Source: Sideroxydans sp.
GTDB taxonomy: Bacteria; Pseudomonadota; Gammaproteobacteria; Burkholderiales; Gallionellaceae
Direction of reading: 5' to 3'
NCBI GenBank assembly: GCA_041665725.1
Contig: JBAYIG010000002.1
Coordinates: forward strand, 31,085 to 95,084
DNA: 64,000 nt
The notes under the pieces are model-generated. The model had not been told where the DNA came from. It did not search any database and was given only the letters and a program-made list of their open reading frames with translations. Shown one piece after another: positions 8,206-17,241 of the stretch. The translations under genes were made by a program, and so were the position numbers. The number at the start of each line of letters is the position of its first letter. Positions within the stretch are counted from its first letter, which is position 1.

Positions 8206-9951
8206 TTAGAACCTCGGCGAAAAGTAAGGTAGTTCGTATGGCACACCCACTTGCAGTGCCTCGTAGTCCGGCAACAGCAGCTTCGCTTCTTCCGCCACCT
8301 GTTCGGCATAGACGAAAGTCTTGAACGGTTCGTGGCCGATGCGGCGTAGCGTATCGATGAAGCGCTCACCCTCGTCCCGCTCGTTCACATATACCTGCAA
8401 CAGGCGCGAGATCACTTCAGGGATCTGCGCGAACGAGAACGAACGGCCGATGATCTTGCCGATGGCGGCGGGCGTGCCCTTGTTGCCGCCTATGGTCACC
8501 TGGTACCACTCCTCACCCGACTTATCCACGCCAAGGATGCCGATGTGCGCCACATGATGATGGCCGCAGGCGTTCACACAACCCGAGATGTTGAGGTCGA
8601 TGTCGCCGATGTCGTGCAGATAGTCGTAATCCTCGAAGCGCTCGTTGATCGCCTTGGCCAGCGAGATAGACCGCGCGTTGGCCAACGTGCAGAAATCCGC
8701 GCCGGGGCAGCACACGATGTCGGTCAGCAGACCGATGTTCGGTGTCGCCAGTCCCGCCGCTTTCACTTCCTGCCACAGCGCATATAGCTCGGACTGCTTT
8801 ACGTCGGCCAGCACCAGATTCTGCAAGTGCGAGATACGCAACTCGCCAAAACTGTAGTGATCGGCCAGTGCTGCCACCACATCGAGCTGGTCGGCGCTGA
8901 TGTCGCCGGGTGCCTGGCCAGGATGCTTGAGTGACAGCCACACGGCGGCGTAACCATTCACCTTGTGTGCGGTGACGTTGCGCCGCACCCAGTTGGCGAA
9001 TGCCTTGTCGTCACGCTGTGCCGCCTCGAAAGAAGCATCGAGCTGCGGCAAGATCTCGTAGGCAGGTGTGCTGAACGCTGCCGCCACGCGTGCCACTTCG
9101 GCTGCTGTCAGCGTCGAAGGACCGTCCTTGTGCAGCTGCCATTCCGCTTCCACCTGACGGCGGAATTCATCGATGCCGATGGCCTGCACCAAGATCTTGA
9201 TGCGCGCCTTGTACAGATTGTCGCGACGTCCGAATTCGTTATACACACGCACGATGGCTTCCATATAGGTCAGCAAATGCTGCCAAGGCAGGAAGGCGAC
9301 AAGTTCCTGACCGATGATGGGGGTGCGCCCCAATCCGCCGCCAACCAAGATGCGGAAGCCCAGTTCGCCCTGTGCGTTCTTCAGCACTTGCACACCGACA
9401 TCGTTGATCTCGGTTGCGGCTCTGTCTTCGCTCGCGCCGCTGACCGATACCTTGAACTTGCGCGGCAGGAAGGCGAACTCCGGATGGAAGGTGCTCCACT
9501 GGCGCAATATCTCGGCGAAGGGACGCGGGTCGGTTATCTCATCGCGCGCGACACCGGCCAGCTCGTCCGAAGTGATGCTGCGGATGCAACTACCGGAAGT
9601 CTGGTTGGCGTGCATCTCGACCGTGGCGAGTTCAGCCAGGATCTCGGGCGTGTCTTCCAGACGCAGCCAGTTGAACTGGATGTTCTGGCGCGTGCTGAGA
9701 TGGCCGTAGCCGCGATCATAGGTACGCGCGATGTGCGCCAGCTTATGCACCTGTGCGCTGCTTGCCAGACCATAAGGGATGGCGATGCGCATCATGTAGC
9801 CATGCACTTGCATGTAGATGCCGTTCTGCAAACGCAACACGCGGAAGTCATCTTCCTTCAGTTCGCCACTCAGGCGACGACGCACCTGGTCGCGGAACTG
9901 GTCGACGCGCTCGGCGGTCAGTTGGTGATCGAAATCGTCGTAGTGATACAT
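8206..9951 (-). CDS. cysI: Sulfite reductase hemoprotein (nitrite/sulfite reductase family)
   Basis: About 581 aa. Siroheme/4Fe-4S cysteine cluster CCPGADFC ... SGCVNACGHH. ATG at 9951 (GTG at 9954 also possible) overlaps the stop of the upstream small ORF. Confidence 0.9.
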   Translation of the reverse strand: MYHYDDFDHQLTAERVDQFRDQVRRRLSGELKEDDFRVLRLQNGIYMQVHGYMMRIAIPYGLASSAQVHKLAHIARTYDRGYGHLSTRQNIQFNWLRLEDTPEILAELATVEMHANQTSGSCIRSITSDELAGVARDEITDPRPFAEILRQWSTFHPEFAFLPRKFKVSVSGASEDRAATEINDVGVQVLKNAQGELGFRILVGGGLGRTPIIGQELVAFLPWQHLLTYMEAIVRVYNEFGRRDNLYKARIKILVQAIGIDEFRRQVEAEWQLHKDGPSTLTAAEVARVAAAFSTPAYEILPQLDASFEAAQRDDKAFANWVRRNVTAHKVNGYAAVWLSLKHPGQAPGDISADQLDVVAALADHYSFGELRISHLQNLVLADVKQSELYALWQEVKAAGLATPNIGLLTDIVCCPGADFCTLANARSISLAKAINERFEDYDYLHDIGDIDLNISGCVNACGHHHVAHIGILGVDKSGEEWYQVTIGGNKGTPAAIGKIIGRSFSFAQIPEVISRLLQVYVNERDEGERFIDTLRRIGHEPFKTFVYAEQVAEEAKLLLPDYEALQVGVPYELPYFSPRF

Positions 9952-10184
9952 CACTGCACCTCCGCTTCCACAAAGGATCTGGACACCGGCAGCAGCAGCG
10001 CCGCTGCCAGCGGGAACTTCGCACCGTAGGCGAGGATGTGCGCCACATCGGCCTCTTCATCGTGGCGCAGTGCCGCGCCGATGTAGGCATGCTCGCCCTC
10101 TAGGCCGACCACCACGCCGATGCGCCCGCCGCAGCTGTTGAACCAGCTCACTTGTTTGGGTTTGTTGGGGTTGTTCGCGCTCAT
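9951..10184 (-). CDS. Small conserved-looking hypothetical protein translationally coupled to cysI
   Basis: 77-aa ORF with host-like GC-rich third positions. SD GAAGGA lies 6 nt before the ATG at 10184. Its TGA (9953-9951) overlaps the cysI ATG. Confidence 0.55.
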   Translation of the reverse strand: MSANNPNKPKQVSWFNSCGGRIGVVVGLEGEHAYIGAALRHDEEADVAHILAYGAKFPLAAALLLPVSRSFVEAEVQ

Positions 10185-10204
10185 TTCTTTTCCTTCACTT
10201 CAAA

Positions 10205-10987
10205 TCAATTAAAAGCCAGACGAGTGCCGATGATGAGCAACATCACCGCCAAGATCGGGCGCAAAACTTTTTCGGGGACTTTGGCGCTCAGATGGCTGCC
10301 GATGTAGATGCCCGGCAATGAACCCAGCAACAAGCTGCCCAACAACACCAGATCGACCGTGCCAAGTGCCAGATGTCCCAATCCCGCCACAGCAGTGAGC
10401 GGTACGGCATGGGCGATGTCGGTACCCACTACTTTGACCGCAGACAAGCGTGGGTAGAGGAACAGCAAGGCCACGGTGCCTAGCACACCGGCACCGATGG
10501 ATGAGATGGTCACCAACACGCCGACGATGGCACCCGTGACGATGGTCGCGACAGTCAGGTGACGGTGGTGTAACTCATAGATGGTGCCGTCCTCGCGCTG
10601 CGCCAGTTTCTTTATCCAGTCTTTCAGCAACAAGGCGGCGGCAGTCAACAATAGGGCGACGCTCAATACGCCGGTGACCAAGCCTTTCAGCGATTTTTCA
10701 TCCAGTCCCAGATATTTGAAGAGCGCGATGGTGAAGAGCGCTGCCGGCAGACTGCCCAGACTCAACAGGCCGACGATCTTCCAATCCACCGTTCCGTTGT
10801 TGTTATGCACCCAGCCGCCCAGTGCCTTGGTGATTGAGGCATACAACAGGTCCGTGCCGACGGCGGTCGCGGGGGATATTCCGAAAAATAGCACCAGTAA
10901 CGGTGTCATCAACGAACCGCCGCCCACGCCGGTCACGCCGACGATCAAACCAACCAAAAATCCCGATAGGGTGTAGAGCCAATCCAT
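10205..10987 (-). CDS. TauE/SafE (TSUP) family sulfite/anion exporter-like membrane protein
   Basis: 260 aa, polytopic. GLIVGVTGVGGGSLMTPLLVLFFG motif near the N-terminus, repeated in the second half (GAGVLGTVALLFLY). Confidence 0.85.
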   Translation of the reverse strand: MDWLYTLSGFLVGLIVGVTGVGGGSLMTPLLVLFFGISPATAVGTDLLYASITKALGGWVHNNNGTVDWKIVGLLSLGSLPAALFTIALFKYLGLDEKSLKGLVTGVLSVALLLTAAALLLKDWIKKLAQREDGTIYELHHRHLTVATIVTGAIVGVLVTISSIGAGVLGTVALLFLYPRLSAVKVVGTDIAHAVPLTAVAGLGHLALGTVDLVLLGSLLLGSLPGIYIGSHLSAKVPEKVLRPILAVMLLIIGTRLAFN

Positions 10988-11088
10988 GTTTCTCTCCTTA
11001 GATGGGAGCGCATGGTATGGGATGGGCTTATCTTTACTAAATGGTCATATGTTAGGATGATATAACCATACGTTATTAGGAGGCAGCC

Positions 11089-12027
11089 ATGAACTTGCAG
11101 CAACTGCGTTATCTGAACGAGATCGTGAAGAACGATCTGAGCATCTCGGCCGCCGCCGCCACGCTCTACACCTCGCAACCCGGCATCAGCAAACAGATAC
11201 GCTTGCTGGAAGAGGAATTGGGGGTGGATATCTTCGTGCGCAACGGCAAGCGTCTGGCCGCACTGACCGATCCCGGCAAGGTGATCGCCGAAGTGGCAGC
11301 ACGTATGCTGTTGGATGCAGCCAATCTGAAACAGGTGGGGAATGAGTTCAAGGATCAGCAGACAGGAGAACTGACCATCGCCACCACCCACACGCAGGCA
11401 CGCTACGCCCTGCCACCGGTGGTCAAACAGTTCATCCGGCAGTACCCCGAAGTGAAACTTGGTCTGCACCAAGGCAACCCGACCCAGATCGCGGAACAAG
11501 TATTGAGTGGCGAAGCGGACATCGGCATCGCCACTGAAAGCCTGGCCTTGTATGACGAACTCGTGACCCTGCCTTGCTATGAATGGCATCACTGCGTGGT
11601 CGTCCCGCCCAAACATCCGCTGTTACTAGAGAAACGTCTGACACTGAAGAAGTTGGCGCAATATCCCATCATCACTTATGACTTCGCCTTCACCGGACGT
11701 AACAAGATCAATCAGGCCTTCAACGAGGCGGGCATCACTCCCAACATCGCGCTCACCGCCATCGATGCCGATGTCATAAAGACGTATGTGGAATTGGGAA
11801 TGGGCGTGGGTATCGTGGCGCAGATGGCTTTTGTGCCGGAACGCGACAAACACTTGAAGATGATTGATGCCGGCCATTTATTTGAAGCCAGCACGACTCG
11901 CATCGCCATCCGTAAGAACCAATATCTGCGTGGCTTCGGCTATCATTTCATCGAACTGTTCGCGCCCCATCTCACACGCGAGATCGTAAGTAAAGTACTC
12001 CACCAGAACCCACAGGACGAAGCATGA
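11089..12027 (+). CDS. cysB: LysR-family transcriptional regulator CysB
   Basis: MNLQQLRYLNEIVKNDLSISAAAATLYTSQPGISKQIRLLEEELG matches the CysB/Cbl N-terminal HTH by eye. Divergent from the cys operon. Confidence 0.85.
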   Translation: MNLQQLRYLNEIVKNDLSISAAAATLYTSQPGISKQIRLLEEELGVDIFVRNGKRLAALTDPGKVIAEVAARMLLDAANLKQVGNEFKDQQTGELTIATTHTQARYALPPVVKQFIRQYPEVKLGLHQGNPTQIAEQVLSGEADIGIATESLALYDELVTLPCYEWHHCVVVPPKHPLLLEKRLTLKKLAQYPIITYDFAFTGRNKINQAFNEAGITPNIALTAIDADVIKTYVELGMGVGIVAQMAFVPERDKHLKMIDAGHLFEASTTRIAIRKNQYLRGFGYHFIELFAPHLTREIVSKVLHQNPQDEA

Positions 12028-12761
12028 ACGAGACCATCAAACTCCAACACACCCACCGTAGCATCCGTAGCTACAAGGCTGATCCCATCAGCGATGAGAT
12101 GTTGCAAGCCATCATCGAAGCGGGACATCGCGCCCCTAGCTCAATGAACGCACAAGAGATATCCACCATCGTCATCCGCGATACGGAACGCAAAGCCAAG
12201 GTCGCGGAACTGGCGGGTAATCAAGCTTGGATCGCGCAGGCACCTGTGTTCATCGTGCTGGTCGCCGACTTCAACAAAACCGACATCGGGGTGCGCAAAG
12301 CTGGGCATACCCAAGTCATCCACGAGAGCATGGAAGGACTGATCGTGGCGAGCGTGGATGCGGGCATCGCCCTAGGCAACATGATGGTTGCCGCGCGCTC
12401 ACTTGGCCTGGGTATCGTGCCAATCGGTGGCGTACGCCGCAACCCTCAAGGCATCATTGATGCACTCGGATTGCCAACCCTCACCTTCCCGCTTGTTGGC
12501 CTTTGCATCGGTCATATCGCAAAAGATGCCCCCGTCAAACCGCGCTTAGACATCGCCACCTTCCGCCATGACGAGCGTTATGACGCCAGCGGATATGCCG
12601 CCGCCATCGATGCCTACGACGCAACGATGATGTCTCACTGGCAACTATTAGGCCACAATGATGGCCTTCCTTGGTCAGCCAATCTCGCCCCTCTCAAGAG
12701 CGTGTACTACTCTCAAGTCAAACCCGTAGCGGCGATGCAAGGGTTGTTGAACGATAAGTGA
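12024..12761 (+). CDS. NfsA/FRP-type NADPH-dependent nitroreductase-family oxidoreductase
   Basis: HRSIRSY near the N-terminus, LGLGIVPIGGVR, KPRL motif. Collinear by eye with E. coli NfsA. ATGA overlap with the cysB stop. Confidence 0.8.
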   Translation: MNETIKLQHTHRSIRSYKADPISDEMLQAIIEAGHRAPSSMNAQEISTIVIRDTERKAKVAELAGNQAWIAQAPVFIVLVADFNKTDIGVRKAGHTQVIHESMEGLIVASVDAGIALGNMMVAARSLGLGIVPIGGVRRNPQGIIDALGLPTLTFPLVGLCIGHIAKDAPVKPRLDIATFRHDERYDASGYAAAIDAYDATMMSHWQLLGHNDGLPWSANLAPLKSVYYSQVKPVAAMQGLLNDK

Positions 12762-12808
12762 AGGGCTTGTGACGCCCTTGCATCGCATCGCCCCCTTCTT
12801 CATCAGCG

Positions 12809-14245
12809 TCACGGGGCATAGAACTGGGTGCCATAGCTTGCTGTGACCATCGCATCCTCTCTACTCACGACTCGGAAGGAAAGCGGAGTCACTTCCTGAG
12901 TGATGTTCGCGCTCGGTGCTTTCACAAAGAGTGTGACGGATGCGCCATGCTGATGCGGAACGAGAATCGGATTTTCCGCACCGATCACGGTTTGCCCTTC
13001 GATGCCTTCCTGCGTCGTCACGTTGAAATACAGATCGCTGTCGGTCTTGTTCAATATCTTCATCTCGTATTTGTTTTGTATCGAACCGTCACTCATCCGC
13101 ACGAACAATGGCTGGCGTTCCGGCCTGACGCTCAGCGTGACCGATGTCATGTGGGTCAGGCCGTACACCATCCCCGCGACCGAGGCTAGCAAGATGGATG
13201 AATAGACCCAAAGCCACGGATTCTGATAACGTTTCTTGAGCGGCTTGCCTTGTATCTCATCCGGCGCGGCATAACGAATCAGGCCACGCGGCTTACCGAT
13301 CTTGTCCATGACGGAATCACAGGCATCGATACACAACCCGCAGGTGATACAACTCAATTGATGGCCTCGACGTATATCCACCCCTGTCGGGCAAACCTGC
13401 ACGCATTGGTAACAATCGATGCAGTCACCTTCTTGCGCGCCCCCTTCACTGCCTTTGCGCAACTTGCCACGAGGCTCACCCCGTTTGATGTCGTAACTTG
13501 GCATGAGAGTGTTTGAATCCGCCATCACGGACTGAAAGCGCGAGTATGGACATATCCATGAACACAGTTGTTCACGCATCAGCCCCGCATACAGGTAGGT
13601 TCCGGTAACGATCAGTACCAGCGTCACCCAAGCGACCTTGGGTAACTGTAGATGGATCAACTTATCCCAGAACTCGAACGCATCGACGAACCAGATGGTG
13701 AAACTAATGGCCGTGACCAGCCCGATGCCCAACCAGATGAGGTGTTTGAGGACTTTCTTGATGATCTTGTCGGCATCCCATGAAGCTGCCTCCAATCTGC
13801 GGCGGGCGCTAGGATTTCCTTCGACCTTGTTTTCAACCCAGGTGAACCAATCGGTCCACGCCGTCTGAAAACACAGATAGCCACACCAGGCACGAGAAAC
13901 GACATTGGTCACCACGAACATCAGCATGGATGCGGCGATGAAGACCAGCATCATCATCCACATCTCGTCTGGTCTGACGGTCAGATTGAAACAGTGGAAC
14001 TGGCTATGGTCGATATCGAACATGACAGCTTGCTTGCCATTCCATCGCAGATACGGCAACAGGCATAAGGGCAACCACAATCCGATCTGCGTCCAAGTTT
14101 TCAGTGAGCGGAAGAAACCCGGCATGCGTTTGGCATGAATGGTCTTCTCCCCGATATTGACCGGATAGGACTCCAGTTCTCGGTATATCTCTGTGACCGA
14201 GCCAACACTGTCAGTGCCCAATTCTCTTTTGTTGAATGCGTTCAT
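12809..14245 (-). CDS. ccoG: Cytochrome c oxidase accessory protein CcoG/FixG (polyferredoxin)
   Basis: Two ferredoxin motifs, CIDCYQCVQVCP and CITCGLCIDACD; N-terminal TM segments; C-terminal Ig-like part. Start set at ATG 14245 (SD GGTGGAG); the track starts at 14281. Confidence 0.85.
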   Translation of the reverse strand: MNAFNKRELGTDSVGSVTEIYRELESYPVNIGEKTIHAKRMPGFFRSLKTWTQIGLWLPLCLLPYLRWNGKQAVMFDIDHSQFHCFNLTVRPDEMWMMMLVFIAASMLMFVVTNVVSRAWCGYLCFQTAWTDWFTWVENKVEGNPSARRRLEAASWDADKIIKKVLKHLIWLGIGLVTAISFTIWFVDAFEFWDKLIHLQLPKVAWVTLVLIVTGTYLYAGLMREQLCSWICPYSRFQSVMADSNTLMPSYDIKRGEPRGKLRKGSEGGAQEGDCIDCYQCVQVCPTGVDIRRGHQLSCITCGLCIDACDSVMDKIGKPRGLIRYAAPDEIQGKPLKKRYQNPWLWVYSSILLASVAGMVYGLTHMTSVTLSVRPERQPLFVRMSDGSIQNKYEMKILNKTDSDLYFNVTTQEGIEGQTVIGAENPILVPHQHGASVTLFVKAPSANITQEVTPLSFRVVSREDAMVTASYGTQFYAP

Positions 14246-14381
14246 CTCGACTCCACCCTGTTTTATTTGGACAGTGCGCATGCTAGAGAGTCCGCCAAAA
14301 TTGTTACAGAATCAGATTCGCGCAAATAAACCATATCAGATACGATGATGGCATCGAATCTAAAGGGGTGTATCCGGGCCG

Positions 14382-15809
14382 ATGAAACGCTACGAACAGC
14401 TTGCCGACGACATTGCGCGCTCCATCCGAGAGGGTCTGTTGACGCGGGGCGCGCGCTTGCCCTCGGTACGCGAGGCCAGCGCCAAGCGCAAGGTCAGCCC
14501 CTCGACCGTGTTTCAAGCCTATTACCTGCTGGAGGCTCGCGGACTGATCTCTGCACGCGAACGTTCGGGATATTTCGTCACGGGGGGCGCACAAGGTTTG
14601 CCGCCCTTGCCCGAGCCCGACATCGAAAGCAAAACAAAGGCGACAGAGGTAGATGTGAGTGAGTTGGTGTTCGAAGTACTGGAATCGACCCGCGCACGCA
14701 AGGTCGTACCGCTCGGCTCGGCCTTCCCCAGCCCGCTGCTGTTTCCCATGGCACGGCTGGCAAAGATCATGGCATCCAGTGTGCAGGGGATGGACCCGTG
14801 GCGCAGCGTAGAAGACATCAGCCCCGGCGATACCGAACTACGCCGTCAGATCGCCTTGCGCTATATGATCGACGGCCTGAAAGTACCGGTCGACGAGATC
14901 GTGATCACGAATGGGGCGTTGGAAGGATTGAACCTCTGCCTGCATGCTGTCACCCAGCCGGGCGACAAAGTGCTGATCGGCTCTCCCACGTTCTATGCGG
15001 CATTGCAGTCGATCGAACGCAATGGACTGAAGGCGGTGGATGTGCCATGCCATCCGCGCGAAGGCATAGACCTTGCCGCAATGGAGCGTGCCATCAAACA
15101 ACACAAGCCGAGTGCTTGTTGGCTGATGACGAACTTCCAAAATCCGCTGGGCAGTTTGATGCCGGACGAAAAGAAAAAAGCACTGGTCGAGTTACTCACG
15201 CGCTATGACGTGCCGCTGATCGAGGACGATGTCTATGGCGAACTTTACTTTGACGCCAAACGCCCCAAGCCAGCCAAAGCCTTTGATAGCAAGGGGTTGG
15301 TGATGCACTGTTCATCTTTTTCAAAATGCCTTGCACCGGGATATCGCGTCGGATGGGCGGCACCGGGACGTTATGCCAAGACGGTGGAACGAATCAAACT
15401 GACCACCACACTAGCAACTTCCGTGCCTGCGCAGATCGCCTTAGCCAGCTATCTGCAAAAGGGCGGATATGACCGTCATCTGCGTAGCCTGCGTCATACC
15501 TTGCAGTTGCAACAGATCAAATTCATCGAAGCCGTGGAACGTCACTTCCCCACAGGTACGCGCCTGACCGCCCCCAGCGGCGGCTATTTCCTATGGGTGA
15601 AGCTGCCAGACGGGGTGAACGCTTTGGAGTTGCATCGTGCCGCCCTTGAGCTTGGCATCAGCATCGCACCGGGACCGATCTTCTCGGCACAAAGAGGTTT
15701 TGAGGATTATGTGCGCCTGAACTATGGGCATCTCTGGAACGAAGAGATGGAATCATCGATTGCCGTGTTGGGTAAGATCATTCACAGACTCGCCCAGCGT
15801 GCCGCCTGA
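14382..15809 (+). CDS. MocR-type regulator (GntR HTH fused to a PLP aminotransferase-like domain)
   Basis: N-terminal GARLPSVREASAKRKVSPSTVFQAYYLLEARGLI (GntR wHTH). Class I/II aminotransferase fold with SFSKCLAPGYRVGW (PLP lysine). Confidence 0.85.
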   Translation: MKRYEQLADDIARSIREGLLTRGARLPSVREASAKRKVSPSTVFQAYYLLEARGLISARERSGYFVTGGAQGLPPLPEPDIESKTKATEVDVSELVFEVLESTRARKVVPLGSAFPSPLLFPMARLAKIMASSVQGMDPWRSVEDISPGDTELRRQIALRYMIDGLKVPVDEIVITNGALEGLNLCLHAVTQPGDKVLIGSPTFYAALQSIERNGLKAVDVPCHPREGIDLAAMERAIKQHKPSACWLMTNFQNPLGSLMPDEKKKALVELLTRYDVPLIEDDVYGELYFDAKRPKPAKAFDSKGLVMHCSSFSKCLAPGYRVGWAAPGRYAKTVERIKLTTTLATSVPAQIALASYLQKGGYDRHLRSLRHTLQLQQIKFIEAVERHFPTGTRLTAPSGGYFLWVKLPDGVNALELHRAALELGISIAPGPIFSAQRGFEDYVRLNYGHLWNEEMESSIAVLGKIIHRLAQRAA

Positions 15810-15892
15810 ATGACAACACAGACGGAACAGCGTCAACTCTTAGCCGCTCTGAAATTTACGTTCCAGTTCTGAGCCGCAAAACCCAGTCAGAA

Positions 15893-17218
15893 TCACACCA
15901 CCAGTCGCACCCACTCTTCCGCAATCTCGCTGAACAAGGGACGCGCTTCGCTGTGTGATCGCATGCAACGCTGCTGCAAGCCATATAAAACTGCAGCGCT
16001 GGATCGACCGTCAGACGGCACATCACAGCGTGCCAACAACTCTTCTAATAAGCAACCAAAGGCGCGCACTTCGATGCGCTGCAATCCTTGCCTGAATTTT
16101 TCGTCGTGCGTCGGCAAGAATGAGGCAGCACCGAAATCACCGAGCAGGCATTCCCCCTTGGCATTCCACAAGATGTTGTGTGCGTACAAGTCGCCGTGCA
16201 TCACACCTTTCGCATGCAGATGTGCAGCGGCTGAAGCAATGCCACGTGCAAGATTCAACATCTGTTCGAGCGAGAATCTAACGTCTGGTGCATAGACATC
16301 TCGCGTGCATGATTCCAAACTCGGTGGCCCTGCAAGGTTGATGAAGCTGGGGGCGATGAGCGGCATCACCATGCCGATGGCATCTTCAGGATGTGCGTGC
16401 AAGCGGCCATGAACAGGAATGAGATTGGGATGTTCACCCGCCACCAAACATGCCGATTTCTCACTACGCGGCAAGCCATCACTCGTCACGGCACCTTTGA
16501 ACACTTTGACCGCGACAGGATGCACTCCTCGCTCCGACGCATGATGCGCTCGATAGATGATGCCTGATGCGCCTTCGCCCAAGGCGTGTTGAACATCGAG
16601 CGAACGCCAGTCGATATGCTGGACGCTAAGCCCCGCCATCGCTTCTTTCTCGATAGCGTCACTGAACGGATTGCCCGCGTAAGCCAGCCACGCTAACCGT
16701 GGCATTCTCAGCAGCCAATCTGGCAAGCGTTCAAAACGATTCGCCGCGATACGTAACAATTCCAGGTTGGTACAAGCTGCCATCTCTTCTGGTAATTCCT
16801 GCAAACTATTCCCCGACAACATGAGTTTTTGCAGATCGCCACACGAGCCGATCTCAACAGGTAACTGTTGCAAACGATTGTCCGTGAGAATCAACCAACG
16901 CAACTTTGGTGGTAATGCCTTGGCGGAAAGATGAGAAATCTGATTCGCTTTAAAACCGACCATCTCCAGATTCGCACACTGCCCCAACACTTCCGGTACA
17001 TGCGTGAATCGATTATCGGAACAGAAGATGATGCGCAACTTGTATAGGCGAGCGAGGTCGTTAGGAAGGCCACTCAGCCGGTTGCCCGATAGATTGAGCA
17101 CTTCCAATGTGTCAGCGAGCTCGAATATCTCTGCGGGGAATTCCGTCAGGTCTGCGGCAAGATCGAGGCGTTTGATTCCAGCCAACTCACCGGCTTTCAA
17201 GGCATCAAGGGTGTGCAT
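15893..17218 (-). CDS. Leucine-rich-repeat protein fused to a eukaryote-like protein kinase domain
   Basis: About eight LxxLxLxxNxLxxLP repeats (residues ~35-195), then GEGASGIIY (Gly loop), VAVKVFK (VAIK Lys), HGDLYAHNIL (catalytic loop) and GDFG (DFG). Starts 23 nt after the murJ stop. Confidence 0.85.
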   Translation of the reverse strand: MHTLDALKAGELAGIKRLDLAADLTEFPAEIFELADTLEVLNLSGNRLSGLPNDLARLYKLRIIFCSDNRFTHVPEVLGQCANLEMVGFKANQISHLSAKALPPKLRWLILTDNRLQQLPVEIGSCGDLQKLMLSGNSLQELPEEMAACTNLELLRIAANRFERLPDWLLRMPRLAWLAYAGNPFSDAIEKEAMAGLSVQHIDWRSLDVQHALGEGASGIIYRAHHASERGVHPVAVKVFKGAVTSDGLPRSEKSACLVAGEHPNLIPVHGRLHAHPEDAIGMVMPLIAPSFINLAGPPSLESCTRDVYAPDVRFSLEQMLNLARGIASAAAHLHAKGVMHGDLYAHNILWNAKGECLLGDFGAASFLPTHDEKFRQGLQRIEVRAFGCLLEELLARCDVPSDGRSSAAVLYGLQQRCMRSHSEARPLFSEIAEEWVRLVV

Positions 17219-17241
17219 AGATCAACAATTCGAACGCAGAC

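Noticed and set aside
12761-12779. Hairpin aagggc-ttgtgac-gccctt at the nfsA-like stop, considered as a bidirectional terminator with ccoG.
   Set aside because: The stem is only 6 bp and no U-tract follows on either strand, so this is too weak to list as a feature.
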